DNA from: Octopus sinensis
Taxonomy: Eukaryota
DNA: 64,000 nt
NCBI RefSeq assembly: GCF_006345805.1
Contig: NC_043011.1
Span: forward strand, 62,942,464 to 63,006,463
Direction: 5' to 3'
Each line of letters opens with the position of its first letter. Position 1 is the stretch's first letter. The translations under genes were made by a program, and so were the position numbers. This document shows positions 27,865 to 41,328 of the stretch, one piece after another. The notes below the pieces were generated by a model. The model searched no databases. It saw only the letters and a list, made by a program, of their open reading frames with translations, and had not been told where the DNA came from.

Positions 27865-28498
27865 ATCTATACACACACAGAAACAGACAGACAGACAGAC
27901 ACACACACACACACACAACACACACACACACACGTATATATATATATATTGATCGATAAATACACGAAGACATCAATAGAGAAAGCGTTAGACGTATGTA
28001 TATATACATACATAATGTGCATATGTATGCATACACACGTATATATGCGTATATGCGTATGACTCTATGTATCTATGAATGCGTATTCATATATAAATGT
28101 GTACATATATATGATTACATGTACATATGTGTGGGCTGTTAAATTATGTGTTTATGTATGTTTGTGTTTATCTCTCTATCTAAATAGACACAGGCACACA
28201 CATAGGCAACACACCAAACGCATACACACATACACGCACAGACGCATACACTCACAAACATATTTCAATATATATGTGTGTGTGTATGTGCATTTGTGTG
28301 TGTAGTTATTTATTCTTTCAGACGCAAACACCAGCATACTCAAGGACAGTGTCCCGCACACGTAGAAATTCCTACTGTTCTCCTAAATGATGAATCGACA
28401 AATTTGAGAATATCCAATAGTAGCAGACCATTGTTGACAGGACTTCTTCTTAGGGGGTGGATCAGAGGTTAATCAGCAAGAACGATGACATACTTAAC

Positions 28499-28564
<66 letters not shown>

Positions 28565-28911
28565 TATTAAATGAAAAGTATTATACAGCAAAGATAATAC
28601 ATAGATATGCACCTCCAAGTTCATGAATGGTTTACAGATTTATAGAATTATATAAAGTGTCCTAACTTCCTTTTGAGAATATGAGAAAGGAAAATCACAA
28701 TTAGGCAGAAGGTTCGCCAAGCTGTATGAACTTCGTCATCTGGTCAAGATAAACGAGATAAATTTAATTGCGCTTACTTCCTGAAAAACAGAATAAACAT
28801 ATAGTGTGCACAATGAATGTGACTGCTGTGACCCGACAGGCATATAACATTTTGACACTGTTTGTGTATGTATATATGCGTGTATGTGCCTGTGTGTGTG
28901 TTTAAATATAT

Positions 28912-28942
<31 letters not shown>

Positions 28943-28960
28943 ATATATATATATTATATA

Positions 28961-28998
<38 letters not shown>

Positions 28999-29027
28999 CT
29001 ATCAATCTATCTATCTATCTATCTATA

Positions 29028-29113
<86 letters not shown>

Positions 29114-29757
29114 CAAGAGTAAACAAAGAGACAGAGACAGGCAGAGATAAGGAAAATGCCACATGTATTTCAACATTATACAAATATTGTTTACAAAAGA
29201 AACTTTCCTTTTACTTTTTCCCAATTTAACTGATTTCCATATTGATTTCCATGCACTTGAAAAAGTCTGAACAATTGAAACCGGTACTAAAATGCTTTTT
29301 ATAAAATTATTTTTTGCATTTTCTATCTTGACTTTTTTCCATATATATATATATATATATACTTAAACACGCACACAGTGATATGGATACGAAACGTTGC
29401 CCTCGTGAGCGTAGGGGTTTACGTCTGATTGTGGGTGTGTTGTGTTCTGGTGCCATGCACGGAATTTCTTTGCTGCATTTCCACATACCTGTGGCCTCCG
29501 ATTTAGGTGAAACATGTGCGGGTCAGAATGCAGTAAACCAGACTTATGAGCTTATGGCTTGTGAGGGATGTGTTATAATTTTTTATGCACACACACACAC
29601 ACGGATATACATACATCTATATATATATACATATATATATATATATACATATATATATAATAACAAAGGGTAAAATTAATTAATTAAGAAGTAATCAGTA
29701 ATTTCACCAAGTAGAATTCGGCATGAAAAAGACCATTTCATGGTAAGCTTAAGTAAA

Positions 29758-29950
29758 ACTTTATAATTAGGGTTCAGCAAAGATTAGCTTCACCACATAC
29801 CGAAGTTTAGAAATAGCGTGGATTGTTTTCAAGTACTTTGGTTTTTCTGGGAGTCCCTTTTAAAGTAGAAGGAATAGCTAAGATTGTTTACTGCTATTTC
29901 TAAACTTCGGTATGTGGTGAAGCAAATCTTTGCTGAACCCTAATTATAAA

Positions 29951-29952
<2 letters not shown>
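29758..29952. repeat. 60-bp inverted repeats (29758-29817, 29893-29952; 1 mismatch) in an element between (TA)n tracts
   Basis: actttataattagggttcagcaaagattagcttcaccacataccgaagtttagaaatagc and its reverse complement. Confidence 0.85.
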
Positions 29953-29997
<45 letters not shown>

Positions 29998-30287
29998 CAC
30001 TATTAAATTTATATCTAATGTAGGATAAAATGTTTTCCCCAAAAAAATTTATCAATGGCCAGCATATTAAAAAATACCTTTAAAGGTTAAATTATAAACA
30101 ACTTATAAATAAGGGCACTTCCGGACTCTCCCACTCTGTGAGTGCCTCAGTTCAAATCGCACGTGTCTTGAATAGGCTGGAGTATTTCTATTTTGGATTT
30201 ATTTGGGGTACTTAGTTGTGCTCATGACTTAGTGTTTGCTTCTTCCATGGGTATGAGTAAGTATCTCATTTACTTCTTTGCCACGTG

Positions 30288-30348
30288 TATCACTGACGAA
30301 GTGGGGAGGTTCTTTTTGAACTAACCCTCAAATCGGTCCGATATGGTA
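30288..30348 (+). ncRNA. Degenerate type I hammerhead-like motif
   Basis: tatca CTGACGA ...ccct CAAA (instead of GAAA) tcgg-t-ccga TA tggta; helices I and III pair. Confidence 0.45.
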
Positions 30349-30530
30349 ATAATGGAATTCTTTTAGAGATTTCTGTCGACCTTTTATCGAGTAGCGTGTC
30401 TTCTGGGAAAAAAATTATATGGTAAATGGACAATATGTCCAATTTTCGGCATATTTGGCATTGGAAATGTTTTCGTTTGCCCATATTTATAAGTTGTTTA
30501 TATATATATATATATAGATATGTATATGTA

Positions 30531-30683
30531 TACGACGGGCTTCTTTCAGTTTCCGCCTACCAAATCTACTCAATACTTTGGTCCGAGGCTATAGTAGGAA
30601 ACTCGCCTAAGGTACCACGCAGTGAAACTGAACCAGGAACCCTGTGGGTGAGAAGCGAACCTCTTACCGCACAATGACGCCTA
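30531..30683 (-). mobile_element. SINE family A, 5' half
   Basis: acgacgggcttctttcagtttccgcctaccaaatc...ccgaggctatagtag...ccacgcagtg...gaaccaggaacc. Confidence 0.75.
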
Positions 30684-31248
30684 TATACATGTGCCAGCGT
30701 CTGTGTATGTGTGTGTGTGTGTGTCTGTGTGTGTATGTGTGTGCGTGAGTGAGTGTGTATGGTGTGTGTGCGTGTTGGGTTCAAAGATGATGTGGGCAAT
30801 TACTCAATATGACGTCGGTCACTTTCATTTTGTTTATGGACGTATGGTATACGTATGTTATGTATGTTTGTATGTATGTATGCATCGATGCATGCGCGCG
30901 TTCGTAACTGTATATGTTTCTGCAAATATTATTGCGCATGACAAGTAACTTTGGAGGTATACCTTTCTGTAATAAATGAACAGTCACTATTTATATCAAA
31001 AATTGTACACAATTCACCCATAATCGTTAGTTCCACAAACTATATATTGTTTCGACTGCAGTTCTATGCGAAAGAATGAAAAATGTTGTGCTTGCAATAT
31101 TATTGATCTCTAGCTCCAGGAGAGCTATGGGTGAAATATAATTTATTTTCTTGCGTTAATGGTTATGGATTAAATGTTTATTCACTCTCCGACATATCTC
31201 CTAATTCTAGGTTGCAGGAATTAGCTTTCCTGATCTCGTCCCCCGACG

Positions 31249-31446
31249 AAATTGCGGATCCGTGGAACAAGCTGCCAGACGAGATGGTGAAGATGCCGAC
31301 GACCGCTTTGTTCAAAGCCTCCCCGGACCTCAAGTGGCCTGAACTCTTTACATGAATACCACCCTGTACTTAACTCCATGTCCCCCTACATGGCCTTGTT
31401 ATTTGCTTTTGAGCCAAATTAACTAACTAACTAACTAACTAACTAA
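31249..31446 (+). mobile_element. CR1-like LINE 3' end with (AACT)n tail
   Basis: IADPWNKLPDEMVKMPTTALFKASPDLKWPELFT* resembles the WNxLP...FKxxLD terminus; tandem aact tail at 31418-31446. Confidence 0.75.
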
Positions 31447-31635
31447 TTACATATACATAAAATGCACGCAAACACACACAAATATACGTGACTGGAAACC
31501 AACTTGTTTTTTTGTTGCTTTTTTCACCAATTCCTGCCAACTGGTTCTGAGCTTCATCCGTCTACCGAAACTGGAATTGCCTCTATGTAGGCGTATGTGT
31601 GTGCGCGTATCACGGGCAGGTGTTTGCGTGTATAT

Positions 31636-31685
<50 letters not shown>

Positions 31686-32367
31686 TGTGTCTGTATGCTT
31701 TCGTGCGAAAATGTTTCTGTGTGTGCGTCCACATTTGTGGGTGCTGAACCCGTGTGTAAACATATATCATGGATTCCACGTCTAACGACTTCGTGATATT
31801 TAACCCACCCAACCACTACTTCTCAATTTCACCGTTTCTTTATGCATCTTAACATCTTACATCATGTTACTTCTGGAGAGAGCCATTCTCTTTTGGTGCC
31901 TAATGATTTAACACGCTCACCGGTAAAATTTCCAATTGTATCTCCTTTTTAAACTCTCTCCTCTTCACACTCTCCCTACACGATGTCACACCAGAGTGGA
32001 GAAACCAACCAGCCTACTAACCTACGTAAATATCTGTTACTATCATATAGAATTGATAGCTGGCCTATGTTAGCAAAAATATACCCCCAAAATTAGCGCC
32101 ATATCACAGATAATACTCTAGGATAATATTCCAAAAACAATACAAAATGGTTACACACAAAAAATTTATAGATTTTTATCAATATAGAAATATGTTTTAA
32201 AAATTGAGCATGTAAGTTTATGCGACTATATATGTGAGAAAATAATGCGTAAAAAGTTATAAAATTATATAAAATATCGTAAATATATGATGAGAATATA
32301 GGTGGAAAGAAATACAGCGTAAAAACCGTAAATGTCTTATGAAATATTATTAATGTTACATTTACGA

Positions 32368-32580
32368 CGGCGAGCTGACAGAATCGTTAGCACGCCGGGC
32401 GAAATTCTTATAAGTTACGTTCTGAGTTCAAATTCCGCCGAGGTCGACTTTGATTTTTATACTTTCTGGGTCGATTAGATAAGTAACAGTTACGCACTGG
32501 GGTCGATTTAGTCGACTTAATCCCTTTGTCTGTCCTTGTTTGTTCTCTCTATGTTTAGATTGCTGTGGGGAATAAAGACA
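32368..32580 (+). mobile_element. tRNA-derived SINE (family B)
   Basis: ggcgagctgacagaatcgttagcacgccgggcgaaa...gagttcaaattccgccgaggtcgac; B-box-like GAGTTCAAATTCC. Confidence 0.8.
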
Positions 32581-32816
32581 TAATTATTGACATAAAAAAA
32601 TCTTCTACATAAAAAAATTGCAAGCACGAATTCGCTCATAGATAAATATGTATATACATACGTACATACATGGACATGCACGCGCGCGTTCACATACACA
32701 CACATGTATGTATATAAGTATATATACACATACACACAGACAATATATTATATAGATAGATTTATATATACAAATATATATGTGTATGTATATATATATA
32801 TATTATATATATATTA

Positions 32817-32853
<37 letters not shown>

Positions 32854-33502
32854 GCTTGTAGGTGTGTGTGAACAACGTTCTCCATATTCAGGTGCTTGCA
32901 CAGAAGTTAACAAGCAGATTGTTAGTTAAGAAGATGAAGACAAATAAAGGATAGAAAATCAAAGTGATAAATCATAAAGAAACTGACACAGATAATACGC
33001 TGTGAACGGAATATCATTGGACAATAATGTAAGGTATCGTGAACAGTCAGATTCCTTATCTGCATCCCATCATTAACATACTACGACAAAATTGTTCTTT
33101 TGCCCTCAGGCTAATTAACAATAAGCTTCTGTCTATGGCTTTACTAAGTGTTACGATGTCAACCAGTCACGATACTCCCACACCTATCATTGCTGACATA
33201 TCGTTAGCTATGTTGATTATTGATGCGTTCTAATGAGCTCTAATGTGTAATTTGATAATTAAAATCTCATTTGGTTCCAGAGGAGAAGCAAAAGTATATT
33301 GGTACTTGTGAGAGTATTACCGTGCGCGTGTGAATTTGTTTGTGTATGTAGGTGTGTGTTTGTGTTTGTAAATGTACACGAGTGTGTAGGTGTGTGAGTG
33401 TATATGTGTATGTGTGCAGTTGGGTGCTTATGCAGATGTTTGACGAGTTACATTGCAAGTTGTATGTGGTTTATGATATTATGATATCATGTGAAATGCA
33501 GT

Positions 33503-33680
33503 GAGCTGGCAGAATTGTTACCACGCCAGGAACAGTACTTAGCGGCATTTTGTCCCCCCTTTCATTTTGAGTTAAAATCACGCCGAGGTCGACTAAGCCT
33601 TTTATCCTTCGGAGTCGATAGAATAAGTACCAGTTGAATTCTTGGGCCGCTATAATTGACCTACCCAATTCCTCCGAAAC
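33503..33680 (+). mobile_element. tRNA-derived SINE (family B)
   Basis: gagctggcagaattgttacc...cgccgaggtcgac...ggagtcgatagaataagtaccagttg. Confidence 0.7.
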
Positions 33681-34048
33681 TATTCACCATGTGGTCAACA
33701 CAAACTGTGTCAACACAAACTGTGTCAGCCTGCGATCAAATTCTTTACAGTGATCCCCATCGCAACTTTCTCATGAACATTTCAAACATAAAATTATTGC
33801 CCCGAATGCCATCAACAAAATTAAGACACTGTGTGGTTATGCGAGAATAAAAGTGGATATATAAACAGCTACTAAAAACGGTTTGTTGCTCAGCGAGATT
33901 TATGTTTTGCTAGACAATTTAACGTTGTATTAATAAAAAATAAAAAGCAGCATTCTGTGCTGTAAGCATGAGGTATTCCTATTATACTAATATTAATCAG
34001 GACAGAATTGAAAGCGAAATGACGAAAAATGATCCCTTTAAACAGAAT

Positions 34049-34830
34049 GCGAAGAGCTGGTAGAATAGGTAGCACGTTCTGAGTTCAAATTCCGCCAAGG
34101 TCGAATTTACCTTTCATTATTTCGGGGTCGATAAATTGAGTACCAGTTGCGTACTGGAGTCGATCTAATTGTCTATCCCCTCTCCCCAAATTTCAGCCAT
34201 TGTGCCTACAGTAGAAAGAATTATTTGAACAGAAGGCGGCGGCGAGGAGGCACTATCTGTAGTATGTCGGACAAAATGCTTAGCGACATTCCATCCGTCT
34301 ATATGACTGGGTTCAGATTCCTCCTGTGTCTTTTTTACCGGGGGCTGATATAATCGACTTATCGCCCCATCCCTGAAATTGCAGGCCTTCTACCACAATT
34401 TGATACCAATAATTAAATAGAAGGCAGCGAGCGGGCAAAATCTGTGGTACGCCAGGCAGATATTTAACGACATTTCATCCGTCTGGGTTGAAATGCAACA
34501 GAATTCGACTTTGGATTTCAACTTTTGAGGTGAACAAAATATGTACCAACTGAGTAGTGAGGTCGATGAAACTGACTTACGTCCTCCCCGGGCTTACTAA
34601 TGTCGTGCCAAAATTTGAAACCAATATTTAATTAGAAAAACAGTGAGCCAGCGGAATCATTGGCACGCGTCAAATTGCTTAGTAGTATTTCGTCGTCCGT
34701 GCTTAGAATTTTAGGTTCAAATTCGGCCGGAGACCACTTTGCCATCTGTCCTAACGAGTTTGATGTCATAGGTAACAGTGGAACGCTGGGGGTCAATGGA
34801 ATCGACTTACATCTTACCGAATCAGAATTA
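34049..34830 (+). mobile_element. Four head-to-tail family B SINE copies (~34049-34226, 34233-34415, 34421-34630, 34640-34830)
   Basis: Repeated ggc(g)gcgagc / ttcaaattc / gtcgat / aaatt(t)caggcc motifs, same orientation, each diverged. Confidence 0.65.
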
Positions 34831-35019
34831 AATGGAAGTAATGCTGTCCCTGATTCAAATGAATATTGCTGCTTTCAATTCCTCTTCCTCTCATTTATTG
34901 GAATTCACTCAAATCGATATTAGAGAGAAGCAAATATGCACAGGGATTGTACACACACACACTCGAATATTTATTTATATGCGTATGTTTAAAGTAGTAA
35001 AACCCAATACATGCAATGT

Positions 35020-35084
<65 letters not shown>

Positions 35085-35094
35085 TTATCTATCT

Positions 35095-35690
35095 GGCGAA
35101 AGAATGTATCTGGTAGACGCGTCTGAAAGGATTGGAGACAAACACTTTCCTCTCTGGTCAATCTCCATCAACTTCTTCAAGTACCACCTGAAAAGGAAAG
35201 GGAGAGTGGAGAGGCAAGTTTTGTCTAGCGAATGTTTTAAAAAAAGATGGGTGAATGTAGCAAGGATGGCACGTATGAATGACGAAGCCACGTTTAGCAT
35301 AATCCTATGAACCAAGAAATTGAAAACAGAGGGTTACCCACTTGCAAACAAATGTGGTAACATATAACAATATTGACCAAGGTTACCGTGGTCTCTTTCG
35401 TAGGCTTTTCTTCCCACGGATAAACCTTACTTGCTTTCCCCTTTACACCATATATCATAACACTGTGATACACGATCCCTATTGATCGTTCCTTTTTTTT
35501 TCCTCTTCCCCTTTTTTCCCCTTTTTCTTCTTTTTTCATTTCTCTTTTCTTTTGTTCCTTTCCCTTTCTTTTTTTTTCTTTTATTCTTTTTAACCTACTC
35601 CACCCCCTTTTTCTTCATCCCCCAAAAGAAAAGCTCTACCTTGTAACTTGTCCCATCTGTGTGCAGCCCTGTGTGGCCAATAAAGAAACT
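35095..35690 (+). mobile_element. L1/Tx1-like LINE 3' fragment inside (TATC)n
   Basis: AKECIW*TRLKG...INFFKYHLKRKGRVERQVLS...KKRWVNVARM...IIL*; pyrimidine-rich 3' UTR; AATAAA at 35679-35684; TATC repeats on both sides. Confidence 0.55.
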
Positions 35691-35725
35691 TATCTATCTA
35701 TTTATCTATCTATCTGTCTATCTGC

Positions 35726-35769
<44 letters not shown>

Positions 35770-35770
35770 A

Positions 35771-35818
<48 letters not shown>

Positions 35819-35903
35819 ATCTATCTATCTATCCATCTATCTATCTATCTATCTGTCCATCTATCTATCTATCTGTCTATCTGTCCATCTATCAATCTAT
35901 CTG

Positions 35904-35945
<42 letters not shown>

Positions 35946-36065
35946 ATCTATCTATCTATCTATCTATCTATCTGTCTATCTGTCCATCACTCAATGTATT
36001 TATCTATCTATCTGTCTATCTGTCTATCTGCCTATAAATCTATCTTGACTATCTATCTATCTACC
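35691..36065. repeat. (TATC)n microsatellite
   Basis: Direct reading. Confidence 0.95.
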
Positions 36066-36770
36066 TATTGATAACCTTCCCCCGCACATATATTTGCAGT
36101 CAAAGGTATACCTTTATTGATATATTGACGCAATTACACACACACACATACACACAACACACGCACGCACACACACACACAGCACACACACACAACACAT
36201 GCACACACACACACGCACACACACACCTGGACGTACACGTATATCTCTGGTTTATCACAAATAGAGATATAATTGGAGGATATAAATTTAATACCAATGA
36301 AATCATCGTCACTATAACAATGGAATACGATTTAAAAAATATTTCACGTTCGTGGCATAAATATCATTGCTAATACCAAATTGTGATTTTACGCACTAAT
36401 CTTCCTCGTATACAACAGCCTTTGTGCTCTTACAGGGCGGCGAACTTTCTGTGTACGAAAAGAAGCAAAATATGATTGCTTAACGTGTTCGGCATATTTC
36501 GGGTTTTTTTTTTCATGGCGACAATGGATATATTTCCAGTAAAATATAAGATGTTTTTTCTGCTTTATTTCATAATTCCATAACTATAATTATAATATCG
36601 AACGCGACCAAAATCTAACAGTTGTTCATTTGCATAAACACAACAATGGCTAGTGAGAGTTGCATATATAATTGCCTTCATAAGATGTTTGTAAGTAAAA
36701 TGAAACGAATGTAGAAAATGGAATTATATTCTATAATACAGTTGCAAGCAGGAATTAAATGAAAGCAGAA

Positions 36771-36840
<70 letters not shown>

Positions 36841-36967
36841 AGTATAATAGATTTTTTTACCACCCCATTTTCTCGATAGGAGAACAAACTAAAAAATGAA
36901 AGTAATTTTTACATAAGCAAAATACATGCGTGTTCAGAATATAATTTTCTTCGCTATAAAAAAAATT

Positions 36968-37013
36968 CCTTTCTTCTTCTTCTTCTTCTTCTTCTTCTTC
37001 TTCTTCTTCTTCT

Positions 37014-37048
<35 letters not shown>

Positions 37049-37049
37049 T
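36968..37049. repeat. (TTC)n microsatellite
   Basis: Direct reading. Confidence 0.95.
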
Positions 37050-37320
37050 TCAATTTCTTCTTCTTCTATCTACCACCTTCTCCTTCCCCTCTTATGCTCC
37101 CCACCTTTCTCCTCCTCTTACCCCTCTTACATCTTACCGCCATACAATGATTATTTGATAACGAGACCTTAATGTCTGGCTGAAAATCAACATCATGATA
37201 ACTGATGAAACGCCATGGTTACATAGGATACTCTACACCTCTTTCAACACTGATTGTTCTTCTTCTTTTTCTTGATGCTGTTGTAGATACTATTATTAAT
37301 ATTGTTGTTGTTATTATTAT

Positions 37321-37711
37321 TACTCTTTTACTCTTTTAGTCATTTGACTGCGGCCATGCTGGAGCACCGCCTTTAGTCGTGCAAATAGACCCCGGGACTT
37401 ATTCTTTGTAAGCCCTGTACTTATTCTATCGGTTTCTATTGCCGAACCGCTAAATGACGGGGACATAAACACACCAGCATCGGTTGTCAAGCAGTGCTAG
37501 GGGACAAACACCGACACACAGACACATACACACACATATACATATATACATATATACGACAGGCTGCTTTCAGTTTCCGTCTACCAAATCCACTCACAAG
37601 GCCAGGGGCTATAGCAGAAGACACTTGCCCAAGATGCCACGCAGTGGGACTGAAACTGGAACCATGTGGTTGGTTAGCAAGCTACTTACCACACAGCCAT
37701 TCCTGCGCCTA

Positions 37712-37712
<1 letters not shown>
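37321..37712 (-). mobile_element. Full-length SINE family A (octopus OK/OR-like) with internal CA/TA microsatellite
   Basis: Minus strand: ggcgcaggaatggctgtgtggtaagtagc...catggttccagtttcagtcccactgcgtgg...; 3' ...gctccagcatggccgcagtcaaatgac and an aagagta tail. Confidence 0.85.
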
Positions 37713-37778
<66 letters not shown>

Positions 37779-37827
37779 GTTATTTGTATTATTATTATTA
37801 TTATTATTACTATTATTATTATTATTA

Positions 37828-37873
<46 letters not shown>

Positions 37874-37879
37874 GTGAGA

Positions 37880-38365
37880 GAGCTCTCCATGACATCAAAA
37901 TGATATAGGGGTAAAATATAGGAAAACCATTATACCTATCATGACTACCCGTCTTATAAGGGTATCCCAAGCACATGTATTACAATGAGGCGCGACATGG
38001 TAATCTCATATCAAGATAAACGGCGCATGATCTGGAAAGTGGGGCCTAGTTAGAATTTCCTTCTGTTTGTGGAGCCCATTCCCCTCAAAAAGTCCTTGAA
38101 TAGGGGTTGTTTAAGGATGTTGTATGAAACATCATTGTTTCCAAATGTGAATGACCCAGATAGTTGCTCTAGACACACGGCTATGATGTACCCCTACTAC
38201 TTCTGCTCATGATCAGAGATGCACATATCTTCATCCACTAAGGGACATGCTCAACTGACAAGTAAATCTATGGTATTGAATAGAATATTTGTTGTACCCT
38301 ATTTTTTATACCAAGACAAAACTATGTATATGATAACTCTTCCAACCAGTTAAGATAGGCAGTCC
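37880..38365. mobile_element. Unclassified interspersed repeat between (ATT)n tracts
   Basis: Composition and flanking by ATT runs suggest a degraded SINE/LINE; no protein motif found. Confidence 0.3.
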
Positions 38366-38434
38366 ATTATTATTATAATCAATATTATTATAATCGTAAT
38401 TATTATTATTAATATTATTGTTATTATTATTATG

Positions 38435-38465
<31 letters not shown>

Positions 38466-38472
38466 TTATTCA

Positions 38473-38850
38473 ATGTTTGACTTTTGCTTTATATTTGTAC
38501 AAGTTGACTCCAAGTCTCACCCAGAGACCTCAAGAGACAACAGAGTTGGAAGTTCATGTTGTTTTTATGCCTAGTGTGCCATATATTTGGGGGTGGGGGT
38601 GTTGTACTAATGAATGTCTAAAAAAAGTTTTTTTTTTTTTTTTTAAACCGAAAATTATGTTTGTTTTAAACCTTGAGTTTACATAGAAAGTAATTTGCGT
38701 AGGATATGAGCAGTTCTCATGAGCACTATCTTTTGAATTTCTGCCATTTTTGGGTTTCCTGGTATCTGAGTTAGGTAGCTATCAGCCCCTTTTGCTATCA
38801 TTCCCAGGGCACCTATGGCAACAGGTATTGTTTTAGTCTTCAGGTTCCAC
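38473..38850 (-). mobile_element. RLE-type (R4/Dong-like) non-LTR element 3' end in (TAA)n
   Basis: WNLKTKTIPVAIGALGMIAKG...IQKIVLMRTAHILRKLLS, then a 3' UTR ending in (AAT)n; ATT repeats on both sides. Confidence 0.75.
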
Positions 38851-38914
38851 TATTATTATTATTATTATTATGAATATTTTAATGATTATTATTACTATTA
38901 TTATTATTATTATG

Positions 38915-39007
<93 letters not shown>

Positions 39008-39600
39008 GCCTTTGCACAGCTTCTAACGCTGGAAATGTACTACAGTGTCAGCAGTTCACTACCACCTGTTATTTTTCGAGCACGTCCGGAGTATTCGAGC
39101 AGTTCCAAGCAGTGCTGTTTTCTGCAAGTGCTCCACCCTTATTGCAGGCCATATTTGTTCTACGTACTTCTCGAGATTTTTGCTCCCTGTTCCCAGGGAT
39201 GCAACAATTATTGGTACTACTGCTACCTTTTTCATCGACGACAACTGCTTAACTTCCCAAGCTAACCTGTGAGATCTCTCGACTTTTCTTTATCCCTTGT
39301 CGCATACCTTGTCAGCTGGGTATTCTATATCAATGATCCAGCATAGTTTGTTTTATTTCTCAATTAAGACTACGTTCGGCTTTCTATTCTCTATCTCATG
39401 GTCGCACTGAATCATAAAATCCCATACGATCTTTGTATTTCTAATTTCAACGATGCCTTCAGGTTTGTGATCGTACCAATATTGGTATTCAATGAAAGAA
39501 TTGTGGAATCCTTGCCTGTTTCGAATGACATTTGAGTTTCAATTTTGCTTCAGACCACCAATGACAACACCGCAAAGTAATGGCCGACTTCTTTGTTTCT
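39008..39600 (-). mobile_element. RLE-type (R4/Dong-like) non-LTR element, 5'-truncated
   Basis: WYDHKPEGIV...WDFMIQCDHEIENRKPNVVLIE...WIIDI...VPIIVASLGT...LQKTALLGTARILR; (AAT)n tail at 38851-39007. Confidence 0.82.
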
Positions 39601-39847
39601 AACACCATTCGTTTAATACTTAAAATATATATTCTTACCCAAATTTACTCAAAAACATAAAAACAGCGAAAACACGTTTTTGTTAGCAAACCGACAACGC
39701 TTGTCATTGGGATTTCTTTCACTCATCATGGAATGTGGCCGCCATATCTCTGCGTTAAGTTCACCGTTTAAAGAATCATGTCTCGTCTTATTCATGAAAG
39801 CACTCATCGGAACCACTGCCCCCATCATTACAATCACTGCCACATCA

Positions 39848-40235
39848 ATGGCGTGGAGCAGCAATGACCCAGTGATTAGGACAGCGGACTCGCCGTCACA
39901 GGAGCATGGTTTCGATTCCCAGACCGAACGTTGTAGTTGTTTATTGAGCGAAAACACCTAAATCTGCACGAGGCAACGGCAGGAGGTAGTTGCGAAACCT
40001 GCTGTATTCTTTCACAACAACTTTCTCTAAATCTTTCTAGTTTCTGTTGTACTTGTATTTCAAAGGGCCAGCCTTGTCACACACTGTGCCATGCTGAATC
40101 TCCCCGAGAACTACGTTAAGGGTACACGTGTCTGTGGAGTGATCAGCCACTTGCAACTTAATTTCACGAGCAGTCTGTTCCGTTGATCGGATCAGCTGGA
40201 ACCCTCGTCGTCGTAAGCGAGTGAGTGTCACGACA
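39848..40235 (+). mobile_element. tRNA-derived SINE (family C) with central domain
   Basis: A-box-like TGACCCAGTGATTAGG and B-box-like GGTTTCGATTCC; the 3' part recurs at ~46530-46680. Confidence 0.65.
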
Positions 40236-40791
40236 TCAGTGGTAGTAACCACAGAGCAGACTAAAAAGCCAATAGCAACAATAACAAGAAACTACAGAAC
40301 AACATGGGCAATAACACCAACAGTAAGAACATCACCTTCAGGAACGTAAACACAACGGCAGCGTCGGCTATGGTATAAAGAATTTAACATTGACAGTAGA
40401 GGAGGCTGCGTTTGTCCCGACAGCAATAATGATCACACTCTTATTCTCCTCAACACTACACTGTTGATCAGCAGACCTCTGTTCCTTTTATCTCGATGTA
40501 GCACAATCCTATTTGTTATACTCTTTCGAATAACTTCTTTGACTCTTGTACGATAAAGCCATAACAATCATGGTTTCTGATTGAGACACAGGGTCATTAA
40601 TTGTCAGGGAAAGCGTTAGTTGATGCAATCGACAAAGTAACTGACTGGCCCAGTGTCTTTTCTATCACGGAAGGACGGAAGGTAAGATCGACCTTATCGG
40701 CATTTCGATTGAAAAATTAAAGAGATACAAAACATACTGGAAACGTATTTTCTTCATTTTTATCGACGCTCTTACAATTACGGCCCTGCAC

Positions 40792-40850
<59 letters not shown>

Positions 40851-40860
40851 TAATAATAAT

Positions 40861-41241
40861 AAAATGCTTTCTAATTGATGTATCAATGCTTTCTAATTGA
40901 TGTATCAATACCGGCAGATGACATGTGTCTCTAAAAGAAATGGAGAAACTTTCAAAATACAAAGACCTGGAAATAGAGGTAACTAGAATGTGGAATCTGA
41001 AAACAGAAACAATTCCTATCATAGTAGGTGCATTAGGCATGATAAAAAAATATTCAGACAAATACATAACAAAAACACCAGGACTTACAAACACATATAA
41101 CATACAGAAAATTGCACTACTAGGCACTGCACACATCTTACGCAGAACACTTTCCATACAATAACCATCAGAGCATCACAACAAATCACAACACATACCC
41201 AAGGCACACAGAGCTGCGCTCGGTAGTGAAGTGAAAGCACG
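40861..41241 (+). mobile_element. RLE-type (R4/Dong-like) non-LTR element 3' end in (AAT)n
   Basis: LIDVSIPADD..SLKEMEKLSKYKDLEIEVTRMWNLKTETIPIIVGALG...IQKIALLGTAHILRRTLSIQ*; (AAT)n at 40793-40860 and 41242-41335. Confidence 0.85.
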
Positions 41242-41258
41242 CTATAAAAATAAAACTA

Positions 41259-41328
<70 letters not shown>

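Noticed and set aside
39848-39930. tRNA gene-like A/B boxes (also in family B heads and ~46150-46230)
   Set aside because: No full cloverleaf, and they continue into SINE bodies; these are tRNA-derived SINE heads, not tRNA genes.
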